From Candidatus Zixiibacteriota bacterium (GTDB lineage: Bacteria > Zixibacteria > MSB-5A5 > GN15 > JACZUZ01), in the NCBI GenBank assembly GCA_024280775.1, contig JAJRPM010000004.1, forward strand, positions 263,054 to 327,053: DNA of 64,000 nt. The letters are read 5' to 3'. Under the pieces are notes generated by a model that worked only from the letters and a program-made list of their open reading frames with translations, was not told where the DNA came from and made no database searches. Positions 37,039-47,102 of the stretch are shown here, piece after piece. Each line of letters starts with the position of its first letter. Within the stretch, counting starts at the first letter, position 1. Made by a program: the position numbers and the translations under genes.

Positions 37039-37959
37039 TCACCTTCCACCCGGAAACTGCCATGACCTGGCCCACTGGTTTCTCCAACTCTCCAGAGAAA
37101 TACCAATACCCTTTTGACCTGCGATCTTACTGAGAGTGAATTTCTCAAGCGATTCATGCGCTAGGCGAAAGTCTTCTTCTTTGTCATACACGAAAAACCT
37201 TCTCTTCGCATCATTGTAATGCCCGGCCGACCTCCTGCGAAAAGGTATCGCTCCACTATCAGGATAGAGAAATTCCGTCAAGCTCAATGACGCCATCAAC
37301 GAATCTACAAATTCCTGACATAGAAAAGCTGTCTCTGTTGTAGTCCCACAGGAGACAGCAAACGATTGCGGACGATAGCGCCAGAAAAGCTGATGTGTCG
37401 ACTGCGTGTAATTGCTGTCCAATTGGACTATTCGCACCAAGGTGTCATCAATAGTCACATCATATCTATCCCTCATATCGCGATATTCAAATAAGATTCG
37501 ATAGACGCCATTCTCCATCCTGAAAGAAGAACTGGATGTCGCCGGCCCAAAGGCTGTTTGATGAATATCCGGAAAGAAAACCCCTTTGTGAGAAAACTCT
37601 ATTTCCCCTGGAGAAACATCGACATCGTAATCAATTGAATTATTGTAATTGGGATAAACAAATCTCGTCTTCTGGCGCATGAAGAACACAGGATCCCCTG
37701 TATCGGAGTAATATGGGTGTCCTTCAACAAATGAGACGATAACATCACCTGAAAGAGAATCCATTGTGCCGAACCTTCTATCCCAAATAGGCACATCCAA
37801 CTCAGGCAAGAACTCAACTCTTGGCGATGAAACCAGTTGAGGCGCGGAAATGCGCTTTTCTGTTTCACAGGAGACAAGAGCAGTGAACAATAAGAACAAC
37901 ACAAAGCATCTGTTCATAAATCGCAAGGATGGCATGACCTCATTCCCAACTCTATTCAT
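37039..37959 (-). CDS. Hypothetical lipoprotein/secreted protein
   Basis: 306 aa. Signal peptide with LFTALVSC. No recognisable domain. Confidence 0.55.
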   Translation of the reverse strand: MNRVGNEVMPSLRFMNRCFVLFLLFTALVSCETEKRISAPQLVSSPRVEFLPELDVPIWDRRFGTMDSLSGDVIVSFVEGHPYYSDTGDPVFFMRQKTRFVYPNYNNSIDYDVDVSPGEIEFSHKGVFFPDIHQTAFGPATSSSSFRMENGVYRILFEYRDMRDRYDVTIDDTLVRIVQLDSNYTQSTHQLFWRYRPQSFAVSCGTTTETAFLCQEFVDSLMASLSLTEFLYPDSGAIPFRRRSAGHYNDAKRRFFVYDKEEDFRLAHESLEKFTLSKIAGQKGIGISLESWRNQWARSWQFPGGR

Positions 37960-38214
37960 TCAGGAATCAATCTCAAGATTCCTCCAGCATATCTGACGGT
38001 TTCAGTCCCATCTAATATGCCCAAATCCCACTGTTTTGGCAATCAGAAATCTCTCTGGCGTGATAATCAAACCTCCAAAGCGCTCAAGATTTGCGCTTGG
38101 CAATTTCGAAATTAGGGTTATATTGTCCAGTATCCTTAGTTTCCCTTTCGGCATAGCTACTTTGTGGCGTCGGGGGACAAATAGCCGCTCAACCCTAAAT
38201 AGGTGTAAACTGCT

Positions 38215-41200
38215 ATGTTGTATAACGTCTCCGAGAATCGCCAAAGAGAGAATTACGTCCTCTCAAGATACTTCCGAACAGCCTCACAAGCTTTGTCCAC
38301 TGCTTTCGCCTTATTGCTGGCATTCTCAGCGCAAGCCCTTGCTGTTCCGAGCTTTATCGTTCACACCGACACTCGTCTTACTCGGCCTTATTGCGTTAGT
38401 AACACTGGTTGGGTGGCAGGCGCAACTAAAGCTGGAACCAGCTGTGCAAAACCATTCGGCGGAGCAGGTTCCGGCCGAAGCAATCCTTTTGTCACAAATG
38501 ACAGTCTTTTTAATTTCTCACCGTCTTGCCAACCAGAGGTAGTACCCGATGGATCCTTTGCCGCCGCAACTGCGGTGAACGACTCGGGCTGGGTTGTCGG
38601 AGTAGACGCTACCAGTCGGGGGTTTCGCTTCAAGAACAACATCGGATCCGCCACACATCGCTCATTTCTTGCTCGTGCAGATACGGTGGTCTTCTTTGGC
38701 ACGTTAAACGGATCATCAACCACCATCTTTCAGGATATCAATACTAAAGGTAAAATTGCTGGTACAAATGGCATTAGCCAGCCTGGCGGAGGCTTCCAAA
38801 GCCATGCGGCGCTTTTTAACTCTGATGTTACTTCAGTTAGAGACCTGGGGACGTTGGCTGGTGGTAATACTAGTCATGCATATGGTATCAATAATCTTGA
38901 TTTTGTTGTCGGTACTTCTAAGAAAAGAGTCAGTGAGTTTTTATTAGTTGACCATGCTTTCATTTGGCGAGGCGCAGGCTCGATGATTGACTTGGGAGTT
39001 CTACCTGGTGACACTCTTAGCGCCGCTTACGCAATAAATGATAATGGTGTGGCTGTTGGTGTTTCTTGGAGATCAAGTTCGAGTCCTTTAACGGCAACTA
39101 GTGGCGCTCGAGCTGTTATGTGGGATGGCGGCATGACGGTGTTAGAAGTTTGGCCTGGCGCGTTTGTGTCGGTTGCTTATGACATAAATATATTGGGTGA
39201 GATTGTTGGTCAGATCCGTGACGCTGATGGCTTACATGCGGCGTTGTGGTTACCGCAAGATAATTATGGACTTGCCGCGGGGCTGCATAAGCTAACGGAT
39301 GTTATCCACGCTAACTCAGCCGTGAACGCCAATAGTACGTTATTACGTTTGGCTACGAGTATTTCTGATAATGGAGTGATTACCTGTGTAGGTCGGGGAA
39401 GCGGACTATCGATTGATTGGGGCTTTGTACTCACTAGACCTACTACGGTGAACTCGGCTAGTGATGAAGGTGACGCGGATTTGAACGACAGGAAGTGTGA
39501 AACAGGTACGCCAGGTGAGTGTACGCTCCGGGCGGCCTTACAAAATGCTAATCTCACTCGCAGGCTGTCATACATCGTTTTTGATATCCCAGGTGGTGGA
39601 AGTGGTGGGCCGGTTATTCAGCTTCAGAGTCCTTTGCCACCAGTTACAGGAGATGCTATTCTTAATGGTTCGACACAGCCTGGTTCGGGGATGGTGAACC
39701 TTGATGGTTCGCTTTTGGTTGATACTAGTGTTAGTGGTTTGCTGATGAGTGGTTTTAATCCAAGGGTGCGTGGGTTTGGTGTCGGTAATTTCCCCGGCAA
39801 TGGAATTACAATTGGACCATCGCCAGGTTTTTTTGATGAAGACTACAGCGCTATTATTGAAGACTGTCGTATTGGTGTGGCGCCCGATGGAGAGTCGGAC
39901 TGGGGCAATGCTGGTTATGGAATCCTGTCGATTAACTCTGATAACGATGTGACAATTGGGGACGGTAGTTCCTTTGGATTTGACCCTAGCTCAAATGGTC
40001 TGCCGCATGGTAATGTCATTGCCAATAATGGCAAGGCTGGTGTATTTACAGATGATGTTATTTCTATTCGTGGGAATGAGATTTACAATAATGGGGGTAT
40101 GGGGATTGATATTGCTCCTGAGGGCCCCAACATTAATGTCGCTGGACAGCGCAATAATTACCCACAGATAGATTCTGTCAGGGTCTCTGGTGGGCGAGCT
40201 ACCGCTTATGGCATAATAGGGCGAGGTGTTTTTCAGAGCCCTAATTTTTTCGGATGGACTCGAATCATTGAACTTTACATAAATTTCGAATGTGACCCGA
40301 GTGGTTTTGGGGAAGGTAGATTCCTGTGGGTCACTGACTCTCTAAATTTTGATCCAGATGGATTTGCGCGCTTTGCTATAGAGTTTACAGAACCGATTGT
40401 TGACCGATGGTTTGTGAGCGCTACGATGTCAGACAATAGTAGGACATCTGAATTTTCTCCGTGCGCCGCGCCGCCGATTGTTGTGAACTCAGTTGCTGAT
40501 ATTGGCGATCTTTCTCCAGATGATAGTGTTTGTTGGACTGGTAATTTTCTGCCTGGTGGGGGACCCGAGTGTACTTTCCGTGCGGCGCTTGAAACTGCAA
40601 ACATACTTGCTGGTCCCGATGAGATTTCGTTTGATATTGATGTGGCGGGAATTCCAGTTATCAAGCCCTTGACAGCGCTTCCTGATATTACAGAGGGTGT
40701 CAAAATTATTGGCGCTACACAGCCGAGCGCTGGAACCGTTGAATTAGACGGTTCATCGATTCCATTTGATTTCACTCAACCAATAGTAAATGGCCTAACC
40801 CTAAAGTCATCTGGTTCGGAGATATCAGGATTATACATAAATAAATTCCCTGGCAATGGCATTGTCATCGACAGTGGGTCAATTAATTTCATACATAGCA
40901 ACACAATAGGAACTGGTAGTCAGGGTTTGATAGATAAGGGTAATGCCCTCTCCGGTATCTTAATCACTGGTAATTCTCGTTTGAATGAAATTGGTGGTAA
41001 AAATTCAAATGGCGCCATGAAGACTAATTTCATTGCATTCAATGGTGTGGCTGGAATATTTATCGAAGATGGCACATTTACAAACATTATTGAAAACTCG
41101 ATTTTCTCGAATAGTGATGCAGGTATTTTCATCGCCAACGGTGATCGCAATACGATTCTAGGCAATAGCATTGTCGATAACGGTGGATTGGGAATTGACC

Positions 41201-44200
41201 TTGCCCCACTGGGTGTGACAGTCTCTGATTCTCTCGATCTTGATACTGGTCCGAATGGTTTAGTTAATTCCCCATTCATTACGAGAATTATTGTTGATAC
41301 CAATTCCGCAGGAGTAGAAATCTCCACTACAGTGCGAGGAATTGTAGATGCCGCTCCATCTGCGAGCTATGTGATTGAGTTTTTTGAAAACTTGGATTGT
41401 GATGAATCGACATATGGGGAAGGGATGATTTTTCAGAAATCTCTGTCGAGTGTTGTGATAACTGATGCGACCGGGTTTGGTCAGTTTTCAGTGACATCCA
41501 CTGAGTTCATATATGATTTTGACAGAACCCTGACGGCGACGGCAACTGATGGTGATGGGAATACTTCGGAGTTTTCTCCGTGTTATATAGGGCCGATTGT
41601 AGTCAATTCTGATGGTGATGCGCCTGATCTTAATCAAAGTGATGGAGAATGTTGGACTGGCGTGACCCTGCCGAACGGTGAGAAAGAGTGTACTTTCCGA
41701 GCGGCAATTGAGACTTCCAATGCTGGCCCAAATTTCGCTCAAATTGAATTCAACATACAGACTGCAGATCCGTTGGCTCCAATTATAATCCAACCATTGA
41801 CGCGGTTGCCGGAGATAACAGATGCCGTCAGTATTCTTGGTGAGTCACAGCCTGACGGTAAGAAGATTTTATTAAACGGCGCTGATGTGATTTTTGCTTT
41901 TGAGGTTGATGGATTGACAATTAGCGCTGGTCGTTGTGATATCTCAGGAATAACTATTGGTGGTTTTTCGGGCAATGGAATTGTTCTCAAAAACAGAGGC
42001 AGCAATTACATTCAAAACGTCACGATTGGAGTAGGGGGCGGCGAACTTGATATTTTCGACCAAGGCAACGCATTGCATGGCATTTATATCATTGAGTCAT
42101 CTGAGAATGTCATTGGCTCAGACGCGGACCTTGCCCAACCTCAGGATTCTCTAGTAGGGAATAGAATTGCTGAGAATGGCGCCTCTGGAGTATTCGTTGA
42201 GAGTGGCGATGACAATAAGATTCAGGGAAATGAGATTATCGGCAATGGTGGCTCTGGTGTGTTTCTGCAATCAGGAAATGGCAACATGATAATCGGGAAC
42301 AGTTTGGCTTCAAATGTAGGTTTGGGAATCGATCTGGCTCCGAGTGGATTTAATAAAAACGACGCTACTGATGCGGACACAGGTCCCAATGGACTATTGA
42401 ATCACCCTTTCATAGATACAATTGCTGTTGACACTCCCTCTCTTGGCCCAATAGGGACCTATGTTTTTGGTAGTGTTGCTGGCAGTCCTCTTACTGGTTT
42501 CTTGGCAGAGATATTTTCAAATGAATCTTGCGATTCCTTAGGTAGTGGAGAAGGGAATGTATCTCTTGGGATTGCTTTTGCGCAAACTGGCCCTGATGGT
42601 TTGGGGGGCTTTCGATTCTTGCTTGACCCATCAATTGTTGTGTCAGAAACATTCTTCTCGGTGACATTGACAGACGTTGAAGGAAATACTTCAGAGTTTT
42701 CGCCTTGTTGGCCACAGCTTAAGAAGCTTCAAATACGTGATCACAATGGTGTCCCCATAGCCTTGAAGGATTTTGATGTTTCTCATGTAGCATTTGATGT
42801 ACCCACTTACACCGAAACTCCGTATGGAACCTTCACAACTGACGAAGAAGGCATAATTGACCTTACCAGTTTACTCAGCTCAGGAGAGCTCGAGGTGGGA
42901 GACTCTATCAAAGTTACGAAAGTTCTCCGCGAGGGCGGCGGTCCTTTTCTGGAGTCCAGCATTACTCTGGACAATAGATATTTGGATCCGACTTCATTCA
43001 ATCCGATTTTTGATGAATTGACTTATGACACATTGCAAGAAATTATAGTGAATCACACTACAGTTGGGTTTAGCATCACCATAGCTATCGAATGGGATGC
43101 GACTCGGGCATATATTGACAGTGTGATTTCAGGTATGCGCATGGTTGGGAATTACCTCTATGACGTTTTTGATGGTCAGGTGCGACTTGATACAGTGCGC
43201 ATACGAGAGGATATTCGACGAGAGTTAGTCGATGATCCTACTCCGGAGTTCAGAGCTGACATATTGATTGTAGCTAATAATGTTGAGTACCCATTATATA
43301 GTTCAGACTATGAACTAGTACTCATGCCACGGAGAGGATTTGGCGCATCAACGTCTGAGGCTCGAAATTTAAGCGCGGCTGAAGATGTAACAAATCCTGC
43401 GGACATATTGCATTGGCGTAAGGTGGCTCAATTACTCGCTAAGCACATCTTTGGATTCTATCGCGAATCTAATCTGGAAGCTCGCAATGCAGGTTGCGAT
43501 GTTTCAAATGATATGGGCTTTATGGGATGGCCATATCCTCGCAATGGTGATGATGGCGCTAATTCAGAAATGTCATGGTCGAGGAATTATAACAATGCGG
43601 CATGCAGATTGACTAAGCAGTTTCAGTTCAATGGAGTATCATGTTGGGATCATTTCAAGAATAGCTTTGAAGGAAATGTTCCAGATGATGCAGGGGTTTT
43701 TGCGCCAATTACCCTACCGATTCAGCACGGATTACCAGATGGTGTGAATTATTTTGCTGGTCCAAATGAGTCAGATCCTCAGACCGGTGAAATGACTTTG
43801 AATTATGATGTTGGTAGTCGAATGACTTTCAATGTTAACAATGTAGTTTCTCCAGCTTTCGAGGAAAAATGGACGATGACTGATATCGACGGCGCTAAGT
43901 TGGCCAATGTCGAGGTTGAGTTTTTCCGTGGTACGGGCGTGGATGAATTCAAAGTTAAACAGGGCCGGACGAGCGATGATGGTGAGATTTGGTTAATAGG
44001 ACTAAATGATGGAGACGCAGTGAGCGCATCAGGTAGTCAGTTTATTGCATTTGCTGACTCCACTGGTGTTGTCGGGCGAATATATAGATGGGTGAATGGT
44101 GCAATGGTGGTTAGCGGTGGGAATCAGCGCTCAAGTTCGCCAACCGTCCAAACGCTGGTAATGTCTCCTATCACCGGCGATTTCCCTCTAATCGTCTCAG

Positions 44201-45168
44201 CGGAGCTTGATAGCGCTTCTTTTGTCTTACAGATGGATGTCAAGAGGGTATTTGATTCTCTGCCTTCTATGCGCTATGTGAAAGACTCCGCTGGATTGTT
44301 CCGCGAGGAATTGACATTGAACAATTCGCAGTATCAAGGTGTTGTTGATTTGCGAAATGTTGTTCAGGGAGCGCTTGAAATCAATGCTGTTGATGATTCA
44401 TTGAAGCCATTTTTCTTCGACATCAACTATAGATTGAGCGCGAATGTCGATTTGCAGAGCGCAAAGAGCGCAGTATCTGCTGATGCTACTGCTGAATTCG
44501 ACCTTGACACTACCAATTCGAGTATTGAGAAGATGTTGGTTGTCTCATCATCATTTCCAATAGCGAGAGCGAATCTTAACACACGCAGCATTCAAGCCGG
44601 ACAGACCCACTCGCTATCGGTATATCCTGTCATTGGTCTGCAAGGCGCTAATACGCTGACCATGAACTACAACCCGGGCGATCTATCAGGCTCCGGATTG
44701 TTCACAGAGCGCCAATCAATAAAGATTCATCGCTGGAATCCCGCCTCACAACAGTGGGATGCGTTAGCATCCAATGTCGATGAAGAACAGAGGCAAGTCA
44801 CCGCGCCAATCACTGAAACGGGAGTCTATGCGGCATTCACCACAGATTTCCAAACAGACGTGGACGACGACGAAGTAGTGACACTGCCAACGAAGTTCAT
44901 GCTCCATCAAAACTATCCCAACCCCTTCAACCCCTCTACTATCATCTCCTATGACCTGCCGGTCAAAGCCAACGTAACAATTGCTATTTACAATGTCCTA
45001 GGACAGCGTATCAAAGTCTTCGAACAAGGCCCTCAATCGGCTGGACCGCATAGTGTCACATGGGAAGCTACCGACAGCAACGGAAAGTCTGTAGCCAGCG
45101 GAATGTACTTCTACAAAATAACCGCCGGAGATTTCCAAGCCTCACGAAAAATGGTATTGCTGAAATAG
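38215..45168 (+). CDS. Giant secreted modular protein: HAF repeats + 3 x (CSLREA motif / parallel beta-helix / TSEFSPC) + unique region + T9SS-type C-terminal sorting domain
   Basis: 2317 aa. Signal peptide ALSTAFALLLAFSAQALA. HAF-family repeats (HAFIWRGAGSMIDLGVLPGDTLSAAYAINDNGVAVGVS). CSLREA-like CTLRAALQNAN (Cys codon 39520), CTFRAALETAN (40570) and CTFRAAIETSN (41689), each followed by GNGIxI/N.I..N.IG beta-helix repeats and ending NTSEFSPC (about 40464, 41583, 42708). C-terminus NYPNPFNPSTIISYDL..IAIYNVLGQRI...GMYFYKITAGDFQASRKMVLLK. Confidence 0.85.
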   Translation: MLYNVSENRQRENYVLSRYFRTASQALSTAFALLLAFSAQALAVPSFIVHTDTRLTRPYCVSNTGWVAGATKAGTSCAKPFGGAGSGRSNPFVTNDSLFNFSPSCQPEVVPDGSFAAATAVNDSGWVVGVDATSRGFRFKNNIGSATHRSFLARADTVVFFGTLNGSSTTIFQDINTKGKIAGTNGISQPGGGFQSHAALFNSDVTSVRDLGTLAGGNTSHAYGINNLDFVVGTSKKRVSEFLLVDHAFIWRGAGSMIDLGVLPGDTLSAAYAINDNGVAVGVSWRSSSSPLTATSGARAVMWDGGMTVLEVWPGAFVSVAYDINILGEIVGQIRDADGLHAALWLPQDNYGLAAGLHKLTDVIHANSAVNANSTLLRLATSISDNGVITCVGRGSGLSIDWGFVLTRPTTVNSASDEGDADLNDRKCETGTPGECTLRAALQNANLTRRLSYIVFDIPGGGSGGPVIQLQSPLPPVTGDAILNGSTQPGSGMVNLDGSLLVDTSVSGLLMSGFNPRVRGFGVGNFPGNGITIGPSPGFFDEDYSAIIEDCRIGVAPDGESDWGNAGYGILSINSDNDVTIGDGSSFGFDPSSNGLPHGNVIANNGKAGVFTDDVISIRGNEIYNNGGMGIDIAPEGPNINVAGQRNNYPQIDSVRVSGGRATAYGIIGRGVFQSPNFFGWTRIIELYINFECDPSGFGEGRFLWVTDSLNFDPDGFARFAIEFTEPIVDRWFVSATMSDNSRTSEFSPCAAPPIVVNSVADIGDLSPDDSVCWTGNFLPGGGPECTFRAALETANILAGPDEISFDIDVAGIPVIKPLTALPDITEGVKIIGATQPSAGTVELDGSSIPFDFTQPIVNGLTLKSSGSEISGLYINKFPGNGIVIDSGSINFIHSNTIGTGSQGLIDKGNALSGILITGNSRLNEIGGKNSNGAMKTNFIAFNGVAGIFIEDGTFTNIIENSIFSNSDAGIFIANGDRNTILGNSIVDNGGLGIDLAPLGVTVSDSLDLDTGPNGLVNSPFITRIIVDTNSAGVEISTTVRGIVDAAPSASYVIEFFENLDCDESTYGEGMIFQKSLSSVVITDATGFGQFSVTSTEFIYDFDRTLTATATDGDGNTSEFSPCYIGPIVVNSDGDAPDLNQSDGECWTGVTLPNGEKECTFRAAIETSNAGPNFAQIEFNIQTADPLAPIIIQPLTRLPEITDAVSILGESQPDGKKILLNGADVIFAFEVDGLTISAGRCDISGITIGGFSGNGIVLKNRGSNYIQNVTIGVGGGELDIFDQGNALHGIYIIESSENVIGSDADLAQPQDSLVGNRIAENGASGVFVESGDDNKIQGNEIIGNGGSGVFLQSGNGNMIIGNSLASNVGLGIDLAPSGFNKNDATDADTGPNGLLNHPFIDTIAVDTPSLGPIGTYVFGSVAGSPLTGFLAEIFSNESCDSLGSGEGNVSLGIAFAQTGPDGLGGFRFLLDPSIVVSETFFSVTLTDVEGNTSEFSPCWPQLKKLQIRDHNGVPIALKDFDVSHVAFDVPTYTETPYGTFTTDEEGIIDLTSLLSSGELEVGDSIKVTKVLREGGGPFLESSITLDNRYLDPTSFNPIFDELTYDTLQEIIVNHTTVGFSITIAIEWDATRAYIDSVISGMRMVGNYLYDVFDGQVRLDTVRIREDIRRELVDDPTPEFRADILIVANNVEYPLYSSDYELVLMPRRGFGASTSEARNLSAAEDVTNPADILHWRKVAQLLAKHIFGFYRESNLEARNAGCDVSNDMGFMGWPYPRNGDDGANSEMSWSRNYNNAACRLTKQFQFNGVSCWDHFKNSFEGNVPDDAGVFAPITLPIQHGLPDGVNYFAGPNESDPQTGEMTLNYDVGSRMTFNVNNVVSPAFEEKWTMTDIDGAKLANVEVEFFRGTGVDEFKVKQGRTSDDGEIWLIGLNDGDAVSASGSQFIAFADSTGVVGRIYRWVNGAMVVSGGNQRSSSPTVQTLVMSPITGDFPLIVSAELDSASFVLQMDVKRVFDSLPSMRYVKDSAGLFREELTLNNSQYQGVVDLRNVVQGALEINAVDDSLKPFFFDINYRLSANVDLQSAKSAVSADATAEFDLDTTNSSIEKMLVVSSSFPIARANLNTRSIQAGQTHSLSVYPVIGLQGANTLTMNYNPGDLSGSGLFTERQSIKIHRWNPASQQWDALASNVDEEQRQVTAPITETGVYAAFTTDFQTDVDDDEVVTLPTKFMLHQNYPNPFNPSTIISYDLPVKANVTIAIYNVLGQRIKVFEQGPQSAGPHSVTWEATDSNGKSVASGMYFYKITAGDFQASRKMVLLK

Positions 45169-45245
45169 TTACTCAGGGGATTGGTAGCTCAAGTTATCCC
45201 TGGCTACATATGGCCTGAACCTAGCTATTCTGGTCCATCATCGCT

Positions 45246-45272
45246 GAGAAAAGTTTACCCAAAACTTTTCTC
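45246..45272 (+). terminator. AT-rich hairpin 78 nt after the giant gene (weak terminator candidate)
   Basis: GAGAAAAGTTT-accca-AAACTTTTCTC is a perfect 11-bp stem, but no T-run follows. Confidence 0.3.
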
Positions 45273-45593
45273 CTGCAGACTAGGATGGCTTGGAATACTA
45301 GATTCGACAGCTTTCTCTTTCAAACTGCTCTTTCCAACTTCTCTTTCCAAATCAATATCTCCGCAGCTTATCACTATCAAATCGGATAAAACCGAGAATA
45401 TCATCGAATAAGACCAGTATTATCGACTTTTCTTGCAAATATCAGTGTTCTGTGTTTGCAAAGCACAAAAACATCCTTATCCCTCTCCGGTAGCGTTCTT
45501 CAGCGCTTATCCATCACGCCTCAAATCTGTCCCGTATCATCAATTATTGGTGGCATTAAGTCACACGTTTCTCAACCTCAATAGGAGAGCTAC

Positions 45594-46886
45594 ATGCTTA
45601 CCAAAAAATCAATCAAAACCTCTATTCTCGCCGTCGCGCTTGCGGCCTTGGTTGCCCAAGGCTTTGTAAGTTGTTCCAGCGACGATACTGACGGAACTAC
45701 CGACCCGGGCCCATCAACCTTAACAGGAGTTTTCCTCGACTGCGAAGTACAAGGTCTAACCTTCCAATCCGGTACCAATACCCCGGGAGTCACCGATGAA
45801 AACGGCACATTCACCTACACCCCCGGCCAGACATTATCCTTTTCAGTCGGTGGGGTTCAGCTCGGAACTCTAGACGATGGCGCATCAGTATGCACGCCGT
45901 TTGACTTCGTCATCCCTGAAAACATTGCGCGCTTTCTGCAATCAATAGACGGCGACGGTGATCCCACGAACGGCATCGACGTTTCAGCCGCCGCAACAGC
46001 GCTTGCCGGGGCCAATGTCTCTAGCAGTGTCTTCGAAAACCCCAGCGCCGCAGGATTCGCCGCTGACACAGCAATCACCGGAGCCCTGGCCACCACCGGT
46101 GATGTACTCCTGGACACAGGAATCACTAACCCCAACCTGAGAAACGGCACTGACAGCACATTTGACACAGCAGAACTAGCAGGACGCGCATTTGTCCTCA
46201 GCTCTCCGCTGGATGCCGGACTGGGGATAGTAAAATTCGATGACCTGGTGAATCCAGGAGATCAGGGGTCAACCGGATCAGATACTCCCTTTGATGAGAC
46301 CATAGCACAAGGAGGCTCTGGAGTAGATGAGGAATTCACTTGGAACATTAACTCTGCGGGTGTTCTGACTCTGACATTCACAGATGGAAGTACCGTGTCA
46401 GTCAAAAAATCCGGTTCAAGCTCCAGAGCAATTTCCGGTATAGTAACTGAACAGGGCATAGCGCCTGAGGTGATAACACTACTAAAACCGTTTCCTGTCA
46501 CCGAAACAGACATCTGCGGAGCGCCAGTATCCCAAAACGGCGTATCAACGAAATCATTCACAATTTCAAGTCCAGGTAATACCGAAACGATCACATTCAA
46601 GGCAGATGGAACCTTGACTGGTGTGGGAAGTATCGATGGACCATGGTCGGGCTTCTGGACTGTTAATGAATTAGCTCCGAATGTCATAAAGGTCATCGAT
46701 GCGATCGCCCCCGATGCAGTTCCGGCTGATTGGTCACTGGTTGTATTGTTGGATGGCTCCTTCACAACCGGCGGACAATTGTTTGTAGCGGATGTTACCT
46801 TGAACGGATTTGGCCCCGGCGTCGATGAGTTCGATTTTACCTGGCAGGAATTCCTCTTTTTGACATTAGCTCCCAACGGTATCTAA
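45594..46886 (+). CDS. Hypothetical lipoprotein
   Basis: Lipobox AQGFVSC. 430 aa, rich in Gly/Thr/Asp. N-terminal segment GVFLDCEVQGLTFQSGTNTPGVTDENGTFTYTPGQTLSFSVGGVQLG. No function assignable. Confidence 0.6.
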   Translation: MLTKKSIKTSILAVALAALVAQGFVSCSSDDTDGTTDPGPSTLTGVFLDCEVQGLTFQSGTNTPGVTDENGTFTYTPGQTLSFSVGGVQLGTLDDGASVCTPFDFVIPENIARFLQSIDGDGDPTNGIDVSAAATALAGANVSSSVFENPSAAGFAADTAITGALATTGDVLLDTGITNPNLRNGTDSTFDTAELAGRAFVLSSPLDAGLGIVKFDDLVNPGDQGSTGSDTPFDETIAQGGSGVDEEFTWNINSAGVLTLTFTDGSTVSVKKSGSSSRAISGIVTEQGIAPEVITLLKPFPVTETDICGAPVSQNGVSTKSFTISSPGNTETITFKADGTLTGVGSIDGPWSGFWTVNELAPNVIKVIDAIAPDAVPADWSLVVLLDGSFTTGGQLFVADVTLNGFGPGVDEFDFTWQEFLFLTLAPNGI

Positions 46887-46928
46887 TCGATTCTAACGGA
46901 AATCTGTTTCTAATAGTTGAACCTAATC

Positions 46929-46965
46929 AGGCGCCTCATGGCAATCATGAGGCGCCTTTTCTTTT
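46929..46965 (+). terminator. Rho-independent terminator
   Basis: AGGCGCCTCATG-gcaat-CATGAGGCGCCT followed by TTTTCTTTTCT. Confidence 0.8.
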
Positions 46966-47102
46966 CTCCTCTTTTCATCTGCTTTCTTTTCTTAGCGAAA
47001 CAAGATATCAGGATTCCGCTTGATATTTCCACTACAGCATGTTACGCTATCCCCCATGAAAAGCATCACCCCTACACAGAACAATAACGGAGCAATATCT
47101 TC

